A stretch of 24,000 nucleotides of DNA from Promethearchaeati archaeon (lineage in GTDB: Archaea > Asgardarchaeota > Heimdallarchaeia > JABLTI01), in the NCBI GenBank assembly GCA_013166835.1, contig JABLTI010000025.1, positions 5,676-29,675 on the forward strand. Direction: 5' to 3'. A program made the translations under genes and the position numbers. Shown piece by piece: positions 23,949 to 24,000 of the stretch; position 1 is the first letter of the stretch, and each line of letters begins with the position of its first letter. The notes below the pieces were generated by a model. It ran no database searches. It was not told where the DNA came from and worked only from the letters and a program-made list of their open reading frames with translations.

Positions 23949-24000
23949 ATAAAATGGGTTTGTATTTTTTTCTTTAAATCCCATTTTTCTAATTACTTTT

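Noticed and set aside
1-24000. CRISPR arrays, transposons/IS elements, toxin-antitoxin or defence-system signatures
   Set aside because: Reading both strands, I found no spaced direct-repeat array, no terminal inverted repeats with a transposase or integrase, and no ORFs with nuclease, ATPase or defence-like motifs. Nearly all intergenic space is under 215 bp and is accounted for by promoters, terminators or the tRNA.

Overview
Strongly AT-rich, densely coding chromosomal segment with no mobile-element, CRISPR or defence signatures. It is almost certainly archaeal. The evidence is two PurP-family ATP-grasp genes (an archaeal purine route), a tRNA-Arg(UCU) with a 30-nt intron in a bulge-helix-bulge context at position 37/38, TATA-like boxes about 25-40 nt upstream of starts, and GGTGA/GGAGG Shine-Dalgarno motifs. 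I cannot assign a lineage from sequence alone; the AT-richness and the many appended charged tails fit an AT-rich uncultured archaeon (Asgard-like is only a guess).

Content from left to right:
- PfkB kinase (5'-truncated by the window edge), purE, and a 677-aa polytopic membrane protein with an extreme acidic tail.
- A FetAB-like ABC pair on the minus strand.
- An operon of two PurP paralogues plus an NTF2-like protein on the minus strand.
- A phosphate super-locus. DUF47, a PiT transporter and a DUF47-like protein lie on the plus strand. They converge on a Pst operon with the non-canonical order pstB-phoU-pstS-pstC-pstA.
- An S9 serine peptidase and an FTR1/EfeU-type iron permease.
- An SCP2::iron-sulfur-flavoprotein fusion, the tRNA-Arg, and a membrane-anchored alpha/beta hydrolase.
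- A CooS (Ni-CODH family) homologue that lacks the Cys-Cys of the C-cluster motif, divergently paired with a SagB-type nitroreductase.
- A small zinc-ribbon ORF.

The most interesting signals are the CooS-V-like deviant CODH and its redox neighbourhood, the PurP-PurP-NTF2 operon, the unusual phosphate locus, and the SCP2::Isf fusion. All functional calls rest on motif recognition by eye; no searches were run.
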